DNA of 61,824 nt, filler included, from Rhabdomonas costata (Eukaryota): assembly GCA_019059605.1 (NCBI GenBank). It is 27 parts of 27 records of this genome, joined end to end, with 100 filler letters (N's around TTAATTAATTAA, not from the genome) between each part and the next. Parts side by side here need not be neighbours in the genome. Positions count along the whole stretch, not along the records: positions 59,637 to 61,824 come from JAHMHO010004950.1; 26 more parts are not named here. The stretch is one strand, 5' to 3'. A program made the position numbers and the translations under genes. The notes below the pieces were generated by a model, which ran no database searches, was not told the DNA's origin, and saw only the letters and a program-made list of their open reading frames with translations. Positions 60,264 to 61,824 of the stretch are shown here, in pieces (position 1 is the stretch's first letter; each line of letters starts with the position of its first letter).

Positions 60264-60988
60264 AGGACTCATGAATGTCTCCAGATGCGATCTGAGATAG
60301 GGATGCGCCGTCTTCACCGTCGTATGCAGAACAAATGGAAGCTTCGAAACACCAGAACAGAGGAACACCAAGCCAGCGGCAAAATAGTGGCTGGAAGTCC
60401 ACGGCAGAGAACAAAGCCCAGGCCATCGCAGGGTGCGCAGTCAGCCGGGCGGAAGTGTAAGGCTGGGACTGACACTTCAGGAGGAAACGGTCCCGACGGG
60501 ACGCTAGAGCTGCCCACGACATTAGAGTTAGTGCTCAGTTACTTGTTGACTTGAGGCGCGCTGGAAGGTAAGAAGTCACGGTTTCGTCGGAAAACAACCA
60601 ACCGATGGAACCAGAACGGATCCGAAGCCGCCGTGCATGCGCGACAGCGTGAAGAAACCCGAAGCGGAGAGAAGCAGGGCGGTCCTATCCAACAGCATGT
60701 GCAAGAGGAGAAAAAGAAGAGAGGTCATCCCCAAGGGATTCTGAATACCCAGCCCAGAATCGAACGGAGATATGCGTGAAGCCACTGCGGATCAAAGAGG
60801 AAGGAACTCAGGATGGAGGACAGGGGTGCACACACAAAAAGGGAGCTGGAAAGCAGGTACAAGAAGTGCAAAGGGAATGGTGCGAGCGGCGTAAAGCAGC
60901 TTGCATGCACCAGGCAAGAACGGGGGATGAGAAGGTAGTCTGTGGGCAGTCAAGAAGCTCCAGTCTCTCTGTAAAGCGCTCAAAAGAA

Positions 60989-61177
60989 AGCGGTCCGTTT
61001 GGACTCGCCCTGGTTTGACTCGGGACCCAAGTGCGAGCCACGTACTCTCACTATACATGTTAGCTGAACAGACGAGAACTTGTGGACTAAAGAATCGGGC
61101 AGGAGGGCGGGACACATAAACCCCCCAGCGGTGCGTTTGGACTCGCCCTGGTTTGACTCGGGACCCAAGTGCGAGCC
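60989..61177. repeat. Two 51-bp direct repeats (60989-61039, 61127-61177) separated by 87 nt of unique sequence
   Basis: AGCGGT(C/G)CGTTTGGACTCGCCCTGGTTTGACTCGGGACCCAAGTGCGAGCC, 1 mismatch. Confidence 0.9.
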
Positions 61178-61824
61178 GATCATAAAGGCAACTGTTTGTG
61201 GTGTTGTTTTTTTGGCATCTCATTCAGTCATTGTATAAGAGGATTCGTCTGTACGTATTCGGCAGTGGCATCAGACGCGTCAACACAAATATTTCTGGTT
61301 GCGCATGACCTTTTTTTTCCGCTTATGAATTTGGCTCTAGTTTATTCAGATTGAGCTTGCAGTTGTTTACTCTTGACCGGGTGAGCAGAGGTTCCCGCGT
61401 ACCCCGATGCAACACGGTTAACTCCCATAAACCCTTGGTGACAGGTCTGTCGTGAACAGAATGTATGTTCTGGTCGCCCCTCCATCTTAAGTTTAGGGTT
61501 TATCAGTGCGCAACATCAGCGACAATAGTTTGCCCCCTGTCCCCAAAAATTCAGAAGACTGAGGGAGTTTTTGATGGACTAACAATTATCGTCCAATGGT
61601 CCACCTGACAGAGAACCCAGGAAAGCGATATACAAAAAGGGAACAATAAATTACAGAACGAGGCAAAGTGAAAATGAGCAAAGCAGGAGACCAAATCACG
61701 AGCGATGATAAACACAACAGAAAATTAACCAAATTACATAGGCGCAAGATGGGGTGAGTTGTATGAGTTGGTTGTGCCCCCTATTATCGGTGAGCGCCCA
61801 CGCTTCGCCCCTTCCCACAAAACC

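Noticed and set aside
60989-61177. CRISPR array
   Set aside because: Only two repeats, 51 bp long with an 87-nt spacer, no cas genes and a eukaryotic context.
1-61824. Gene neighbourhoods or operon-like systems across the window (e.g. NTT next to cyclase, CCT2 next to OYE)
   Set aside because: The genes sit on separate concatenated contigs, so adjacency across spacers carries no information.

Overview
This window is not one locus. It is 27 unrelated contigs of about 2.2 kb each, joined by 26 artificial 100-nt spacers (N44-TTAATTAATTAA-N44), so adjacency across a spacer means nothing. The DNA is from an intron-rich eukaryote, most likely a euglenozoan and probably a euglenid. That call rests on the CCT-beta sequence flavour, the many class III cyclases and the GT-N-Y-G-type donors. 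G/T-rich contig starts and A/C-rich contig ends suggest whole-genome amplification. Exons joined by hand through GT-AG introns give fragments of: bacterial-type aconitase B, a Cys-rich surface protein with one repeat per exon, one complete and two degenerate class III cyclases, an RRM protein, ornithine decarboxylase, a Slo-type K+ channel, CCT2, a tail-anchored OYE flavin oxidoreductase, an intronless bacterial-like DUF1349 gene, a THADA-like protein, a Sec7 ArfGEF, a NEK kinase, a pseudokinase, an ARM protein, an NTT/TLC nucleotide transporter and an F-box ORF. Mobile DNA includes a decayed, intron-containing Merlin/IS1595-type transposase and an internally deleted Ty3/Gypsy element. The best leads are an NTT transporter with no visible plastid presequence, several genes of bacterial type, and a ~50-nt structured motif shared by two unrelated contigs. 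All family calls come from motif recognition, not database searches. No clearly novel multi-gene system can be shown on contigs this short.
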